A model generated the notes under the pieces. That model did no database searches. It worked only from the letters and a program-made list of their open reading frames with translations, and had not been told where the DNA came from. Shown piece after piece: positions 10,601 through 23,340 of a stretch of 64,000 nt of DNA. The stretch is from an uncultured Clostridia bacterium (GTDB lineage Bacteria > Bacillota > Clostridia > TANB77 > CAG-508), in NCBI GenBank assembly GCA_947629765.1, contig CANREW010000002.1, forward strand, positions 2,737 through 66,736, given 5' to 3'. A program made the translations under genes and the position numbers. Within the stretch, counting starts at the first letter, position 1; every line of letters begins with the position of its first letter.

Positions 10601-13203
10601 ATGGCAAAAGAAATAAGTAAAGAGGAACAAGCAAGAATTGATAAGATGATAGATGACTTAATAAAAAGGGCAAAAATTGCATCTGAAAAATATATGGAAT
10701 TAGATCAAGAGACAATAGATAATATAGTAAAGAAAATGGCAATGGCGGGACTAGAAAATCATATGAAACTTGCCAAAATGGCAGTAGAAGAAACCAAAAG
10801 AGGAATATATGAAGATAAAATCACAAAGAATATGTTTGCTTCTGAATATGTATATCATAGTATCAAATATGATAAAACAGTTGGAGTCATAAGAGATAAT
10901 GTAGAAGAAGGATACGAAGAAATTGCAGAGCCTATTGGAATAATTGCAGGAGTTACACCAGTTACTAATCCTACATCTACAACAATGTTCAAATCATTAA
11001 TTTCAGCCAAAACAAGAAATGTTATAATATTTGGTTTTCACCCATCAGCTCAAAAATGCAGTGTAGAAACAGCAAAAATTTTAAGAGATGCTGCAATCGA
11101 AGCTGGTGCACCAGAAGATTGTATATTATGGATAGAAGAGCCATCAGTTTATGCGACAAGAGCTTTAATGAATCATCCAGATGTTAATCTTATACTTGCA
11201 ACAGGTGGAACAGGAATGGTTAAATCTGCATATTCTTGTGGAAAACCAGCACTAGGTGTAGGACCTCGGAAATGTTCCTTGCTATATAGATAAAACAGCA
11301 AAACTTAAAACAGCAGTTACAGATTTAGTATTATCTAAATCTTTTGATAATGGAATGATTTGTGCATCAGAACAAGCAGTAATAGTTGATAAAGAGATTG
11401 CAAAAGAATTTGAAAAACTTATGAAAGAAGCTGGATGCTATTTTCTAAATAAAGAAGAAACAAAAAAACTAGAAATAAGCATGTTTGTAGAAGGAGATTT
11501 AAAATCAGAAATAGCAGGCCAAAGTCCATACAATATAGCTAAAAATGCAGGATTCGAAGTACCAAAAGATACAAAGGTATTGGTAGTTTCACAAACAGGA
11601 GTAGGAGATGGATATCCATTTTCACAAGAAAAACTTAGTCCAGTACTTGCATACTATACTGCTTCTAGCTCAGATAGAGCAATAGACCTTGCAGAGAAAC
11701 TAATAGAGTATGGTGGTCTTGGACATTCTGCTGTAATTCATTCTGAAAATCAGGAGGTAATTGACGAGTTTTCAAATAGAGTAAAGGTTGGAAGAATTAT
11801 AGTAAATTCACCATCTACTCACGGAGCAATAGGGGATATATATAATACAAATATGCCATCATTAACACTTGGTTGTGGCACATTTGGAGGAAATTCAACA
11901 ACAGCAAATGTTTCTTCTGTAAATCTTATAAATATTAAAAGGGTTGCAAAAAGAAGAGTAAATATGCAGTGGTTTAAAATCCCTGAGAAGATATATTTTG
12001 AAGCGGGCTCGATTGAATATCTAGAAAAAATGCCTAATATTACTAGAGCATTTATTGTTACTGATGAATCTATGGTAAAACTCGGATATGTAGATAAAAT
12101 ATTATATCATTTAAGAAAAAGAAATCAATATGTACACTCTGAAATATTTTCAGATGTAGAACCAGATCCTTCATTTGATACAATCAAAAATGGAGTAGAG
12201 GTAATGAATAAATTTAATCCTGATGTAATTATAGCACTTCGGAGGAGGAAGTCCAATAGATGCAGCAAAGGGTATGTGGCTTTTCTATGAACATCCAGAT
12301 GCTGATATAGAAGGACTTAAACTTAAATTTATGGATATCAGAAAACGTACCTATAAATTTCCAAAACTTGGAGAAAAAGCAAAACTTGTTGCAATTCCTA
12401 CGACATCTGGTACAGGGTCAGAAGTTACTTCATTTGCAGTTATAACAGATAAAAAGAAAAATATAAAATATCCACTTGCAGATTATGAATTAACTCCTGA
12501 TATTGCAATAATTGATCCAGACTTAGTAATGTCACTTCCAAAGAAAATAACAGCAGATACAGGTATGGATGTTTTAACACACGCAATAGAAAGTTATGTT
12601 TCAAATATGGCATCTGATTATACAGATGGATTGGCAGAAAAAGCAATAGAAATTGTATTTAACTACCTACCAATCGCGTATGAAGATGGAAGTAATAGAC
12701 TCGCTAGAGAAAAAATGCATAATGCAAGTTGTATAGCAGGTATGGCATTTACAAATGCATTTTTAGGAATAAATCATTCACTTGCACATAAGCTAGGGGG
12801 AGAGTTCCATATAGCACATGGTAGAGCAAATGCAATATTACTTCCTTATGTTATAAAATATAATAGTACAAAACCTACAAAATTTGTTTCTTTCCCTAAA
12901 TATGAATATTTTATAGCAGATGAAAAATATGCAAATATAGCTAAGAGATTAGGATTAAAATCTTCTAATACTAAGGAAGGTGTAAATTCTTTAATAAATG
13001 CAATAAAGGATATGAACAAAAAGTTAGAAATACCATCTAATTTGAAAGATGAAGGAATAAATGAAAAAGAATTTTTAGAAAAGCTAGATATGCTTGCAGA
13101 AAAAGCATTTGAGGATCAATGTACAACAGCAAATCCAAGACTTCCACTAGTTGCAGAACTAAAAGAGATATTAATAAATGCATATTACGGAAAAGAAGAG
13201 TAG
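10601..13203 (+). CDS. adhE: Bifunctional aldehyde/alcohol dehydrogenase AdhE, interrupted by two apparent +1 frameshifts
   Basis: The three track ORFs (10601..11293, 11355..12290, 12274..13203) are collinear aldehyde-DH and Fe-ADH parts. Skipping C11267 restores GVGP|GNVPCYIDK and skipping C12240 restores IIAL|GGGSPIDAAKGMW, giving about 866 aa. Confidence 0.92.
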
Positions 13204-13232
13204 TAATTGCGTGAAAGTTATGTTTTGTGCAA

Positions 13233-13270
13233 AAAGAGTATAATATTGTTTAAAATATTATGCTCTTTTT
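13233..13270 (+). terminator. Intrinsic terminator after adhE
   Basis: 14-bp stem AAGAGTATAATATT / AATATTATGCTCTT followed by a T-run. Confidence 0.75.
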
Positions 13271-13390
13271 CTAATGTATATTAATTTTTTACAATTTAAT
13301 TCACATAAATATTGAAAATTATGTAAATTTATGATATAATCATAAAAGTGTGATATTTATAGAAATTAATATATAAGGAGAAATGAATAT

Positions 13391-14212
13391 ATGAGTATAC
13401 CAAATGGTGAAAGATTAAAGCTAAGGGTATTACAACAATTAGAAAGAAGAGGAACTTATGGACCTAGAACATATAAATCTATAGCAACTAGTACAGGCAT
13501 AAAAAGTTCTACAGTAAAATATCTTGTAAAACAATTAATAGCCGAAGGAAGAGTTAATACAGCTGAAATTAAACCCGAAAGTGTTGGAGCATTAGAAGAA
13601 AATCCAACTAAAATACCAAATGAAATAAGGGAACAATCTAAAAATGATGGATTACCTATATCTAATGATGGAGAAATAGGAGAAGTCAATACAAAGGATA
13701 TAGCTATACAAACTATAAAAGGCTATATCAGAAAAATGCTTAAAGGAAGAGCTGCAAAAAATCTAGTAATGACAACTTCATATATAAATTATTGTAAACA
13801 AAATCTTAATACTAAAAACTTAACATTAGAAGATTTTGAAATGTTGGGTAGATTAATAGAATCTGATGTTAGTTTAATGACTGCTGAAAACATAAAGCTA
13901 GGAATACTTGGATTTATCAGGGTTAATAAAATACATCTAGCAAAAAGATTTTATGAAGATTGTAGCTTAGAAGTTCTAAAACATTTAAAGGTGGCAATGT
14001 GTACTAAAGAGGAGCTAAATGAAATGGAAAAAGAATTAGATGACTATGAGCAAAAACTTAAAATATATGCAAAACTAAGACAAGGATATCCTGTTGAGGT
14101 TATATTAGAAGAAACTACTGTATCAGAAACTGTTGTAAGAAGAATAGCCAGTTCAGTTGAAAAAGAAAGACAAGCTAGACAAAATAAAGAAAGAGAAGAA
14201 GAGGAGCATTAG
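13391..14212 (+). CDS. Hypothetical protein with an N-terminal winged-helix-like segment
   Basis: 273-aa ORF with RBS AAGGAG. The N-terminus 'LQQLERRGTYGPRTYKSIATSTGIKSSTVKYLVKQLIAEGRV' looks HTH-like and the C-terminus is charged. Confidence 0.5.
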   Translation: MSIPNGERLKLRVLQQLERRGTYGPRTYKSIATSTGIKSSTVKYLVKQLIAEGRVNTAEIKPESVGALEENPTKIPNEIREQSKNDGLPISNDGEIGEVNTKDIAIQTIKGYIRKMLKGRAAKNLVMTTSYINYCKQNLNTKNLTLEDFEMLGRLIESDVSLMTAENIKLGILGFIRVNKIHLAKRFYEDCSLEVLKHLKVAMCTKEELNEMEKELDDYEQKLKIYAKLRQGYPVEVILEETTVSETVVRRIASSVEKERQARQNKEREEEEH

Positions 14213-14233
14213 AATATATGTAAATAAAAAATA

Positions 14234-14274
14234 GTAGCAAAGCAGATTAAATCTTACTTTGCTACCGTTTTTTT
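14234..14274. terminator. Bidirectional terminator between the convergent 13391 gene and purA
   Basis: GTAGCAAAG..CTTTGCTAC hairpin flanked by an A-run and a T-run. Confidence 0.75.
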
Positions 14275-14286
14275 ATATTTATTTAA

Positions 14287-15582
<1,296 letters not shown>

Positions 15583-15656
15583 TCAACAATATATATTATC
15601 GTACAAGTGTCAAAAAAAGTCAATAGAGATTGCAAAAAGTATTTGTGTGTGATAAA

Positions 15657-15685
15657 ATAAAAATATAAAACTCCTGCGTTTGGCT
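15657..15685. repeat. Solo arm of palindromic element P3
   Basis: AAAATATAAAACTCCTGCGTTTGGCT is identical to 23304..23327, and lies in the purA/purB divergent promoter region. Confidence 0.6.
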
Positions 15686-15719
15686 AGTATAGTATAAATT
15701 TAAAAAATAGGAGGATATA

Positions 15720-17150
15720 ATGGAAAAAATATATGTAACTCCATTAAGTGGAAGATATGCAAGCAAAGAAATGAACGAAATATGGTCTCAGGATTCAAGA
15801 TATAGTACTTGGAGAGAACTATGGGTAGCATTAGCTGAAACAGAAAAAGAGCTTGGCTTAAACATAACAGATGAACAAATAGCAGAAATGAAAGCACATA
15901 CACACGATATAGATTATGATGTAGTAGCAAAAAGAGAAAAAGAATGCAGACATGATGTTATGGCACATGTTTATGAATATGGAACAAAATGTCCATCAGC
16001 AAAAGGAATTATACATCTAGGTGCAACTTCTTGCTATGTAACTGATAATGCAGAAATAATACTTATGAGTAAAGCTTTGGAAATTATAAAAGAAAAATTA
16101 TTATTAGTTATAAATAATCTAAAAGAATTTGCATTAAAAAATAAAGATGTAACTTGCCTCGGATACACACATTTCCAACCAGCACAACTTACAACAGTAG
16201 GGAAAAGAGCAACACTTTGGATACAAGATTTACTAGAAGATTTAGAAGAACTAGAATTTGTACAAGAGCATTTAAAAATGCGTGGATGCAAAGGAACAAC
16301 AGGTACCCAGGAAAGCTTTATGAAATTATTTAAAGATGAAGAAAAAGTAAAAAAATTAGATAAATTAGTTGCTGAAAAAATGGGATTTGACAAGGTATTT
16401 GCAGTATCTGGACAGACATATACAAGAAAGTTAGATTCAAGAGTATTAAATGTTTTAAGTTCTATTGCACAAAGCAGTGCTAAATTTGCAAATGATATGA
16501 GATTACTTCAACATGAAAAAGAATTAGAAGAGCCATTTGAAAAAGGACAAATCGGGTCATCTGCAATGGCATATAAGAGAAATCCAATGAGAAGTGAGAG
16601 AATAAATTCACTTGCAAGACATGTAATAGCACTTAGCCAAGATCCAGCAATTACAGCATCTACTCAATGGTTAGAAAGAACACTAGACGATTCTGCAAAT
16701 AGAAGAATCTGCATCCCAGAAAGTTTCTTAGCAATAGATGCAATACTTATCCTATATGCAAACATAGCATCAGGTATAGTTGTATATGAAAATGTAATAA
16801 GGACAAATTTAATGCAGGAATTACCTTTTATGGGAACAGAAGAAATACTTATGAATGCAGTTTTAAAAGGTGGGGATAGACAAGAATTACACGAGAAGAT
16901 AAGAGTACTATCAATGGAAGCTGCAAGAGAGGTAAAAGAATTTGGAAGACCAAATGATTTAGTAGATAGGATAGCAAATGATAAGAGCTTTGGACTTACT
17001 AAAGAGGAAATTTTAAAAGTTCTAAAACCAGAAGGACTTTGTGGAAGAGCAGTACATCAGGTAGAAGAATTTATAGAAAATGATGTAAATCCAGTACTTG
17101 AAAAAAATAAGAATCTATTTAAAGATATAAATGTAGAAGTTAATGTATAG
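15720..17150 (+). CDS. purB: Adenylosuccinate lyase
   Basis: 476-aa ORF with the fumarate-lyase signature '[11 protein letters not shown]'. Confidence 0.95.
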   Translation: MEKIYVTPLSGRYASKEMNEIWSQDSRYSTWRELWVALAETEKELGLNITDEQIAEMKAHTHDIDYDVVAKREKECRHDVMAHVYEYGTKCPSAKGIIHLGATSCYVTDNAEIILMSKALEIIKEKLLLVINNLKEFALKNKDVTCLGYTHFQPAQLTTVGKRATLWIQDLLEDLEELEFVQEHLKMRGCKGTTGTQESFMKLFKDEEKVKKLDKLVAEKMGFDKVFAVSGQTYTRKLDSRVLNVLSSIAQSSAKFANDMRLLQHEKELEEPFEKGQIGSSAMAYKRNPMRSERINSLARHVIALSQDPAITASTQWLERTLDDSANRRICIPESFLAIDAILILYANIASGIVVYENVIRTNLMQELPFMGTEEILMNAVLKGGDRQELHEKIRVLSMEAAREVKEFGRPNDLVDRIANDKSFGLTKEEILKVLKPEGLCGRAVHQVEEFIENDVNPVLEKNKNLFKDINVEVNV

Positions 17151-17155
17151 TAAAT

Positions 17156-17303
17156 AAAAAGAAATAATATTTATTTTTCAAGAGGTTTGTCGTTTGCAAC
17201 CTACAAATTAAATTTTAATAAAGTAGGTTGCAAAAGTCGCACTTCGCTTCGCTACGTTTGGTCGCTGGGACGCACCTCTTTTAAATAAATATTATTTCTT
17301 TTT
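17156..17303. repeat. Palindromic intergenic element P2 / bidirectional terminator between purB and purC
   Basis: Perfect 21-bp outer arms AAAAAGAAATAATATTTATTT (17156..17176) and AAATAAATATTATTTCTTTTT (17283..17303). An inner hairpin GTTTGCAACCTAC/GTAGGTTGCAAA is followed by a CpG-rich insert gtcgcacttcgcttcgctacgtttggtcgctgggacgc. Confidence 0.6.
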
Positions 17304-17321
17304 TTATATAATAATTTAAAT

Positions 17322-18170
17322 TTAAAATTTATTTCCAGTTAATTTTTCATAAGCCTCAATATATTTTGCTCTTGTTGTCTGAATAACATCTTCTGGAATA
17401 GGGGTAGGGTTTTCAGCATCCCAATTATTTTTCTTTAACCAATCACGCATATATTGTTTATCAAAACTTTTTTGAGATCTTCCAATTTCATAATCAGATG
17501 CTGGCCAAAATCTACTTGAGTCAGGAGTTAAAACTTCATCAGCTAAAACTAAAGCACCATTTTCATCTAAACCAAATTCAAATTTTGTATCAGCTATAAT
17601 AATTCCTTTTGTTCTTGCATATTCAGAACATTTTAGATATATTTCAATTGTTTTATTTCTAACTTTTTCTGCTAAATCTTTTCCTAAAAGGTCACAAACT
17701 CCATCAAAATCGATATTTTGATCATGACCAACTTCAGCCTTAGTTGTTGGTGTAAATATTGGTTCAGGCAATTTTTCAGATTCTTTAAGACCAGAAGGTA
17801 ATTTTATTCCACAAACTGAACCTGTTTCTAAATAGCTTTTCCAACCAGAACCTGTGATATATCCTCTAACGATGCATTCAATAGGAAGCATTTTTAGTTT
17901 TCTAACTAACATACTTCTATCTCTAAATTCTTCTTTTTGAAATTCCTCAGGAAATTCTTCAAATTTAGTTGTAATTATATGATTTGGAATGACATCTTTT
18001 ACATAGTCAAACCAAAATGTAGATATTCTATTTAACACTTTTCCTTTATCAGGAACAGGGGTTGGAAGAATAACATCAAAGGCGGAAATTCTATCAGAAA
18101 CAACCATCATAAGTTTATCATCATCTACTTCGTAAATTTCACGAACTTTTCCACTACTAATTTTTTTCAT
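17322..18170 (-). CDS. purC: SAICAR synthetase
   Basis: Begins 'MKKISSGKVREIYEV..' with GGAGG 5 nt upstream. The first ATG in the track (18182) lies inside the RBS. Confidence 0.93.
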   Translation of the reverse strand: MKKISSGKVREIYEVDDDKLMMVVSDRISAFDVILPTPVPDKGKVLNRISTFWFDYVKDVIPNHIITTKFEEFPEEFQKEEFRDRSMLVRKLKMLPIECIVRGYITGSGWKSYLETGSVCGIKLPSGLKESEKLPEPIFTPTTKAEVGHDQNIDFDGVCDLLGKDLAEKVRNKTIEIYLKCSEYARTKGIIIADTKFEFGLDENGALVLADEVLTPDSSRFWPASDYEIGRSQKSFDKQYMRDWLKKNNWDAENPTPIPEDVIQTTRAKYIEAYEKLTGNKF

Positions 18171-18201
18171 AAAAACCTCCAATAATTACTTTATTTTAAT
18201 A

Positions 18202-18727
18202 TTATTTCATTTGTTTAAGATATTCCTCATATCCTATTTTTTGTAACTTTTCATTTTTTGCTAAAACAGCATCATTTAATGATTTCTTGTAATCGCATAT
18301 CTTTTTATGCAATTCCTCATTTGAAGTAGAAAGTATAGTTGCAGCAAGTATACCAGCATTTTTTGCACCATTAATTGCAACTGTTGCAACAGGTATGCCT
18401 GATGGCATTTGAACTATTGAATACAAAGAATCCATTCCTGCAAGTGATTTAGATAAAATTGGAACCCCTATAACAGGACAAGGAACCTTTGCTGCAAATA
18501 TACCTGGAAGATGTGCTGCTCCACCGAGCTCCTGCAATAATTACTTTTATGCCTCTTTCTTTTAAGCTTTCTGCATATTCAAAGGCTTTTTCTGGACATC
18601 TATGAACAGAAAGGATAGTCATTTCATAAGAAATACCCATTGTATCTAAAAATACAGCTGCATCTTTCATAATAGATAGATCAGAATCACTTCCCATAAT
18701 AATTGCAACGTCAACGTTTTTTTCCAT
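18202..18727 (-). CDS. purE: N5-carboxyaminoimidazole ribonucleotide mutase PurE, interrupted by one apparent +1 frameshift
   Basis: ORFs 18449..18727 and 18202..18537 overlap. Skipping the coding-strand C (plus-strand G18526) restores ..GIKVIIAGA|GGAAHLPG.. Confidence 0.9.
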
Positions 18728-18741
18728 ATTACCCTCCTTTA

Positions 18742-19317
18742 TTAAACTTGTTTATCATCTGCAAATGATTGCAAAACTCCAATAAGTTGTATTTTTTCAG
18801 CAGCTTGCACCCTTTCGGCTAAATCTTCTGCTGTATCTGTTGGAAGTACTTTAACAACTGTCTGCATAATTATAGAGCCTCTGTCATACTCAGAATTTAC
18901 ATAGTGAATAGTAACCCCGCTATGTTCTTCTTTTGCAGCGATAACAGCTCTATGCACATTCATTCCATACATTCCTTTTCCACCATATTTAGGCAAAAGA
19001 GAAGGATGAGTATTTATTATTTTGTAATTATCTAAAAGTCTATGACCTATTAATTTTAAATATCCTGCAAGCACAATTAAGTCTATATCAATTTTAGATA
19101 AAACATCATATAGTTCAACATCTCTACTTTCTTCATCTTTTGACTTAATAATATATGTTGGAATATCAGCTTTTTTAGCTCTCTCTAATGCAAAGGCATT
19201 TGGATTGTCTGATACAACAAGAGCAATATTTGCATCTAATTTTTTTTCTTGAATTGCGTCTATTACAGCTTGCAAAGTAGTTCCATTTCCAGACGCAAAA
19301 ATGACCAAATTATACAT
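18742..19317 (-). CDS. purN: Phosphoribosylglycinamide formyltransferase
   Basis: 191-aa ORF with 'VIFASGNGTTLQAVIDA..NTHPSLLPKYGG'. Confidence 0.93.
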   Translation of the reverse strand: MYNLVIFASGNGTTLQAVIDAIQEKKLDANIALVVSDNPNAFALERAKKADIPTYIIKSKDEESRDVELYDVLSKIDIDLIVLAGYLKLIGHRLLDNYKIINTHPSLLPKYGGKGMYGMNVHRAVIAAKEEHSGVTIHYVNSEYDRGSIIMQTVVKVLPTDTAEDLAERVQAAEKIQLIGVLQSFADDKQV

Positions 19318-19445
19318 AAAAACACCTTTTCTTTCAAGAAAATTATATTACTAAAAAAATATAAAGTCAAGAAAAAGTACTTAGTAGCTATTTAAATTAT
19401 AATTAAAAAAAGACAGTAAAATTAATTAAAATTTTGCTATCTTTT

Positions 19446-20534
19446 TTAATCATTTTTAATTTTTGCATAGCCTGAATTAAATCCAAATAGTGTTTTAATC
19501 TTTCTAAACAATGTAGATATAAAGTTATGTTTAACAACAACTAAATCTGTAATTTCTGTGTTATCAGATTCATATTTCTTTTCAAGCTCAATCATTTTAT
19601 CAATGTAGTAATCATTATAAAATGTATCTCCATCGGCTTGACCAATATAATTTTTAAATAAATATAATTTATTTCTATAATTTTCAATAGTTTTTGAAGT
19701 ATATGCTAGTTTTATAGTGCTATCAAAATAGCTAGTAAGTATCAATTTTTGAGTATCTAAGAATAATTTTTTAATCTTAGATTTTTGTTTGTCAATTTCT
19801 TTGTTAGATTCTTTTATAAAATATATATCAGTATCAAACTCTTGCAGAGAAGCATATATAGATGCTAATCTTTCTTGAGTTTCTACTAATAAATCTATAT
19901 TTTTCTCAATTGTATAAAATGTATTTTTTGAAGTTAAAGAAATAAATTGTTCCTTAAACTTATCATTTGAATTTAATGTACTATCAAATAGAATATTTTC
20001 TCCAACAACATAAGCCATTTGATTAACTAGTGCACATTCTAATGTATAATAACTTGGACTATTCGTAGGAATATCTATTCCAAAATATTTTACATTTTCA
20101 TATTGTTTATTCAAACATTTTGAGGCCATTAACTGAACAGCAGCTTCATTTATACCAATATCTGGAGAATGCTTAGATGTATAATCACAAAGACCCAATC
20201 GAATAATATTTCCGTTATTATCACAAACTTCTTGCAAATAGTGAATACATTCATGCATAGCAACAGCTGTTAAATTTTTGCTATCAACTGTATTACTAAA
20301 ATATATAGATTTATTTTTGTAAAAATATTTTGCAGAAATTCCTTGAGGAAGTCTAGCATAATACATATTGAGTCTAGAAATATTTCTAAATAAATCATTT
20401 GTATTTAAATTAAGTTCTGGAAAAGTTTGAGAAATTATACTGGAAATATTTTTTGCTAAAGAATTTATTGTAAGAGTATCAAGCTTTCCAATTACTTCAA
20501 TTCCCTCTCTTTTCAAATCTTTTTTAATGCTCAT
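19446..20534 (-). CDS. Hypothetical HExxH (zincin-like) protein
   Basis: Carries an 'AMHECIHYLQ' motif. The start is probably the MSIKK.. ATG at 20534 (GGAAGGA RBS, TATAAT upstream) rather than 20570. Confidence 0.5.
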   Translation of the reverse strand: MSIKKDLKREGIEVIGKLDTLTINSLAKNISSIISQTFPELNLNTNDLFRNISRLNMYYARLPQGISAKYFYKNKSIYFSNTVDSKNLTAVAMHECIHYLQEVCDNNGNIIRLGLCDYTSKHSPDIGINEAAVQLMASKCLNKQYENVKYFGIDIPTNSPSYYTLECALVNQMAYVVGENILFDSTLNSNDKFKEQFISLTSKNTFYTIEKNIDLLVETQERLASIYASLQEFDTDIYFIKESNKEIDKQKSKIKKLFLDTQKLILTSYFDSTIKLAYTSKTIENYRNKLYLFKNYIGQADGDTFYNDYYIDKMIELEKKYESDNTEITDLVVVKHNFISTLFRKIKTLFGFNSGYAKIKND

Positions 20535-20627
20535 ACGTATAATCCTTCCATTATCCTTAGTATTAGACAATAGAAATTATACTATATAAAGATTACATAC
20601 AAATAACAAGAGTGTTACATTTTTGTT

Positions 20628-20657
20628 ACAAAAAGAGCTCCAACCTTGTGGAGCCCT
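20628..20657 (-). terminator. Intrinsic terminator after leuS
   Basis: On the minus strand: GGGCTCCA-CAAGGT-TGGAGCTC followed by TTTTT. Confidence 0.75.
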
Positions 20658-20660
20658 AAA

Positions 20661-23075
20661 TTATTTTACAACTATATTATAAATTTTATTCTTTATATAA
20701 ATTTCTTTTACAATAGTTTTGCCATCAAGTAAATGAGAAATTTTGTCATGAACTAATTTCTTTACAGTTTCTTCATCGCTATCAAGAGCAGTAGTTACAG
20801 TAGCTTTTAATTTACCATTTATCTGCACTGGAATTTCAATTTCATCATCAATGGTTTTAGCCTCGTCAAATGTAGGCCAAGAACTTTCAGCTATTGTTTT
20901 TGTATTTCCAATTACGTTAAATAATTCTTCCGTAATATGTGGAGCAATAGGATTTAACAATATTAGAAATGTATTAAATTCAGCTTTATTAATTTTTTTA
21001 GCTTTGTAAAATTCATTTATTAAAGTCATAAATGTTGCAACAGCTGTATTAAATTTCATACTCTCATAATCTTCGGTAACTTTTTTGATAGCCTTATGCA
21101 TCATTTTTTCAAACTCTTTTGAATAAGTATCTCCTTCTTGAAGAATATCTTTTAAGTTCCAAACTCTATCTAAGAATTTATGACATCCTCTTAGACTTTC
21201 CATAGACCAAGGTGTTGATTGGTCAAATGGACCTATAAACATCTCATAAGTTCTAAAAGTATCTGCACCAAATTCAGCAACTATCTCATCAGGGTTTACA
21301 ACATTTCCTTTAGACTTAGACATTTTTTCACCATTGTCACCTAATATCATTCCATGAGAAGTACGTTTTGCATAAGGTTCTTTTGTTGAAACAACTCCGA
21401 TGTCATATAAAAACTTATGCCAAAATCTTGAATAAAGAAGGTGAAGTGTAGTATGTTCCATACCACCGTTGTACCAGTCTACTGGGCCCCAATAATCAAT
21501 AGCTTCTTTTGAAACTAAGGCTTTATCATTATGAGGATCCATATAACGTAAGAAATACCAAGAAGAACCAGCCCATTGAGGCATAGTATCAGTTTCACGT
21601 TTAGCTTTTCCTTTGCAATGAGGGCAGGTAGTATTAATCCAATCGGTCTCTTTTGCAAGAGGAGATTCTCCATTTTCACCAGGTAAAAATTCCTTAACTT
21701 CTGGTAATGTTAAAGGTAAATCTTTTTCATCAAGAGGAACCCAACCACATTTTTCACAATAAACCATAGGGATAGGTTCACCCCAATATCTTTGTCTAGA
21801 AAATACCCAGTCTCTTAGTTTAAAGTTTACTTTTGATTTTCCAATATGTTCTTTTTCAAGATAATCAATAACTGCTTTAATTGCATCTTTAACACTCATA
21901 CCATTTAAAAATCCAGAATTTATTAAAATTCCATCATTTGTATCTGTATATGCTTCTTGTTGAATAGATGCTGTATTTTCTTTATTAGTTATTACTTGTT
22001 TTATAGGGAGATTAAATTTAGTTGCAAATTCATAATCTCTAGTATCGTGTGCAGGAACAGCCATAATTGCTCCTGTTCCATAGGTTATAAGTACATAGTC
22101 AGAAACCCAAATAGGAATAGTTTCTCCACTAAGTGGGTTTATAGCTTTAATTCCTTTGATTTCAACACCAGTCTTTTCTTTTGAAATCTCAGTTCTTTCA
22201 AAATCAGATTTCTTAGCTGCTAAGCTCTTATATTTTTCTATTTCATCTATATTTGTTATTTTATCTTTTAGCTCAGATAAGATGCTATGCTCAGGTGCAA
22301 CTACCATATATGTAGCACCAAACATAGTATCAGGTCTAGTTGTGTAGATTAAAAGATTTTTATCAGTTCCTTCAATTTTGAAATTTACCTCTGCACCTTC
22401 ACTACGACCTATCCAATTTTTTTGTTGAGTCTTAATTTTCTCTAAGTAATCAACTTCGTCTAAATCGTCAATTAATCTTTGAGCATATTCTGTGATTTTA
22501 AGCATCCATTGACTTTTTTCTTTTTGGATAACTTCTCCACCACATCTTTCACAAACTCCATTTACAACTTCCTCGTTTGCAAGACCAACTTTGCAACTTG
22601 TGCAATAGTTAATTGGCATAGTGGTTTTGTAAGCAAGGCCTTTTTTAAATAATTGTATAAATATCCATTGTGTCCATTTATAATAATTAGGATCAGTTGT
22701 ATTTATTTCTCTTGACCAGTCAAAAGAAAAACCAATTGATTTTAATTGTTCTCTAAAATGATTTACATTTTGTTCAGTTACTATGCTTGGGTGTATATTA
22801 TTTTTTATTGCATAATTTTCTGCAGGAAGCCCAAAAGCATCAAAGCCGATAGGGTAAAGAACATTATATCCTTGAAGTCTTTTCATTCTTGCAATTATAT
22901 CAAGAGCTGTATAACTTCTTGGGTGTCCAACATGCAAACCTTGTCCAGATGGATATGGAAACTCTATTAAACCATACCATTTCTTTAATGAATAATCATT
23001 CTTTGCATTAAAAGTTCCTTCTTTTTCCCATTTATTTTGCCATTTTTTTTCAATCTCTTTAAAATTATATGCCAT
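20661..23075 (-). CDS. leuS: Leucyl-tRNA synthetase
   Basis: 804-aa ORF with the class I motifs '[12 protein letters not shown]' (HIGH) and 'KMSKSKGN' (KMSKS). Confidence 0.97.
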   Translation of the reverse strand: MAYNFKEIEKKWQNKWEKEGTFNAKNDYSLKKWYGLIEFPYPSGQGLHVGHPRSYTALDIIARMKRLQGYNVLYPIGFDAFGLPAENYAIKNNIHPSIVTEQNVNHFREQLKSIGFSFDWSREINTTDPNYYKWTQWIFIQLFKKGLAYKTTMPINYCTSCKVGLANEEVVNGVCERCGGEVIQKEKSQWMLKITEYAQRLIDDLDEVDYLEKIKTQQKNWIGRSEGAEVNFKIEGTDKNLLIYTTRPDTMFGATYMVVAPEHSILSELKDKITNIDEIEKYKSLAAKKSDFERTEISKEKTGVEIKGIKAINPLSGETIPIWVSDYVLITYGTGAIMAVPAHDTRDYEFATKFNLPIKQVITNKENTASIQQEAYTDTNDGILINSGFLNGMSVKDAIKAVIDYLEKEHIGKSKVNFKLRDWVFSRQRYWGEPIPMVYCEKCGWVPLDEKDLPLTLPEVKEFLPGENGESPLAKETDWINTTCPHCKGKAKRETDTMPQWAGSSWYFLRYMDPHNDKALVSKEAIDYWGPVDWYNGGMEHTTLHLLYSRFWHKFLYDIGVVSTKEPYAKRTSHGMILGDNGEKMSKSKGNVVNPDEIVAEFGADTFRTYEMFIGPFDQSTPWSMESLRGCHKFLDRVWNLKDILQEGDTYSKEFEKMMHKAIKKVTEDYESMKFNTAVATFMTLINEFYKAKKINKAEFNTFLILLNPIAPHITEELFNVIGNTKTIAESSWPTFDEAKTIDDEIEIPVQINGKLKATVTTALDSDEETVKKLVHDKISHLLDGKTIVKEIYIKNKIYNIVVK

Positions 23076-23193
23076 AACTTCCTCCTAAAATAAAAACTTA
23101 ATATCTATTATATAATAAAAAAAGCAAAAAATAAAGCAAAACATTGAAAAAAGTGGCAAAATATTATAAAATAATAATATAAATATCTATACA

Positions 23194-23330
23194 GTAAGCC
23201 AAATCTCGTCGGAGATTTTATATTTTTTATTTTCAAGAAAATTTCGAAAGGTCAAGGAGTAATCCGTAAGCAGAAGGCCGTTCGAACATTTTCTTTCAAA
23301 AAAAATATAAAACTCCTGCGTTTGGCTTAC
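23194..23330. repeat. Palindromic intergenic element P3
   Basis: Long imperfect palindrome GTAAGCCAAA..GGAG(A)TTTTATATTTTTT....AAAAAATATAAAACTCC..TTTGGCTTAC, with nested arms TTTCAAGAAAATTTCGAAAGG / CCGTTCGAACATTTTCTTTCAAA and a CpG-rich centre. Confidence 0.6.
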
Positions 23331-23340
23331 TTCAAAATGG

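Noticed and set aside
23076-23340. A T-box leader upstream of leuS.
   Set aside because: There is no T-box sequence (..GGGTGGTACCGCG..), AG bulge or GNUGA specifier-domain motif. The structured part of the spacer is the P3 palindrome.
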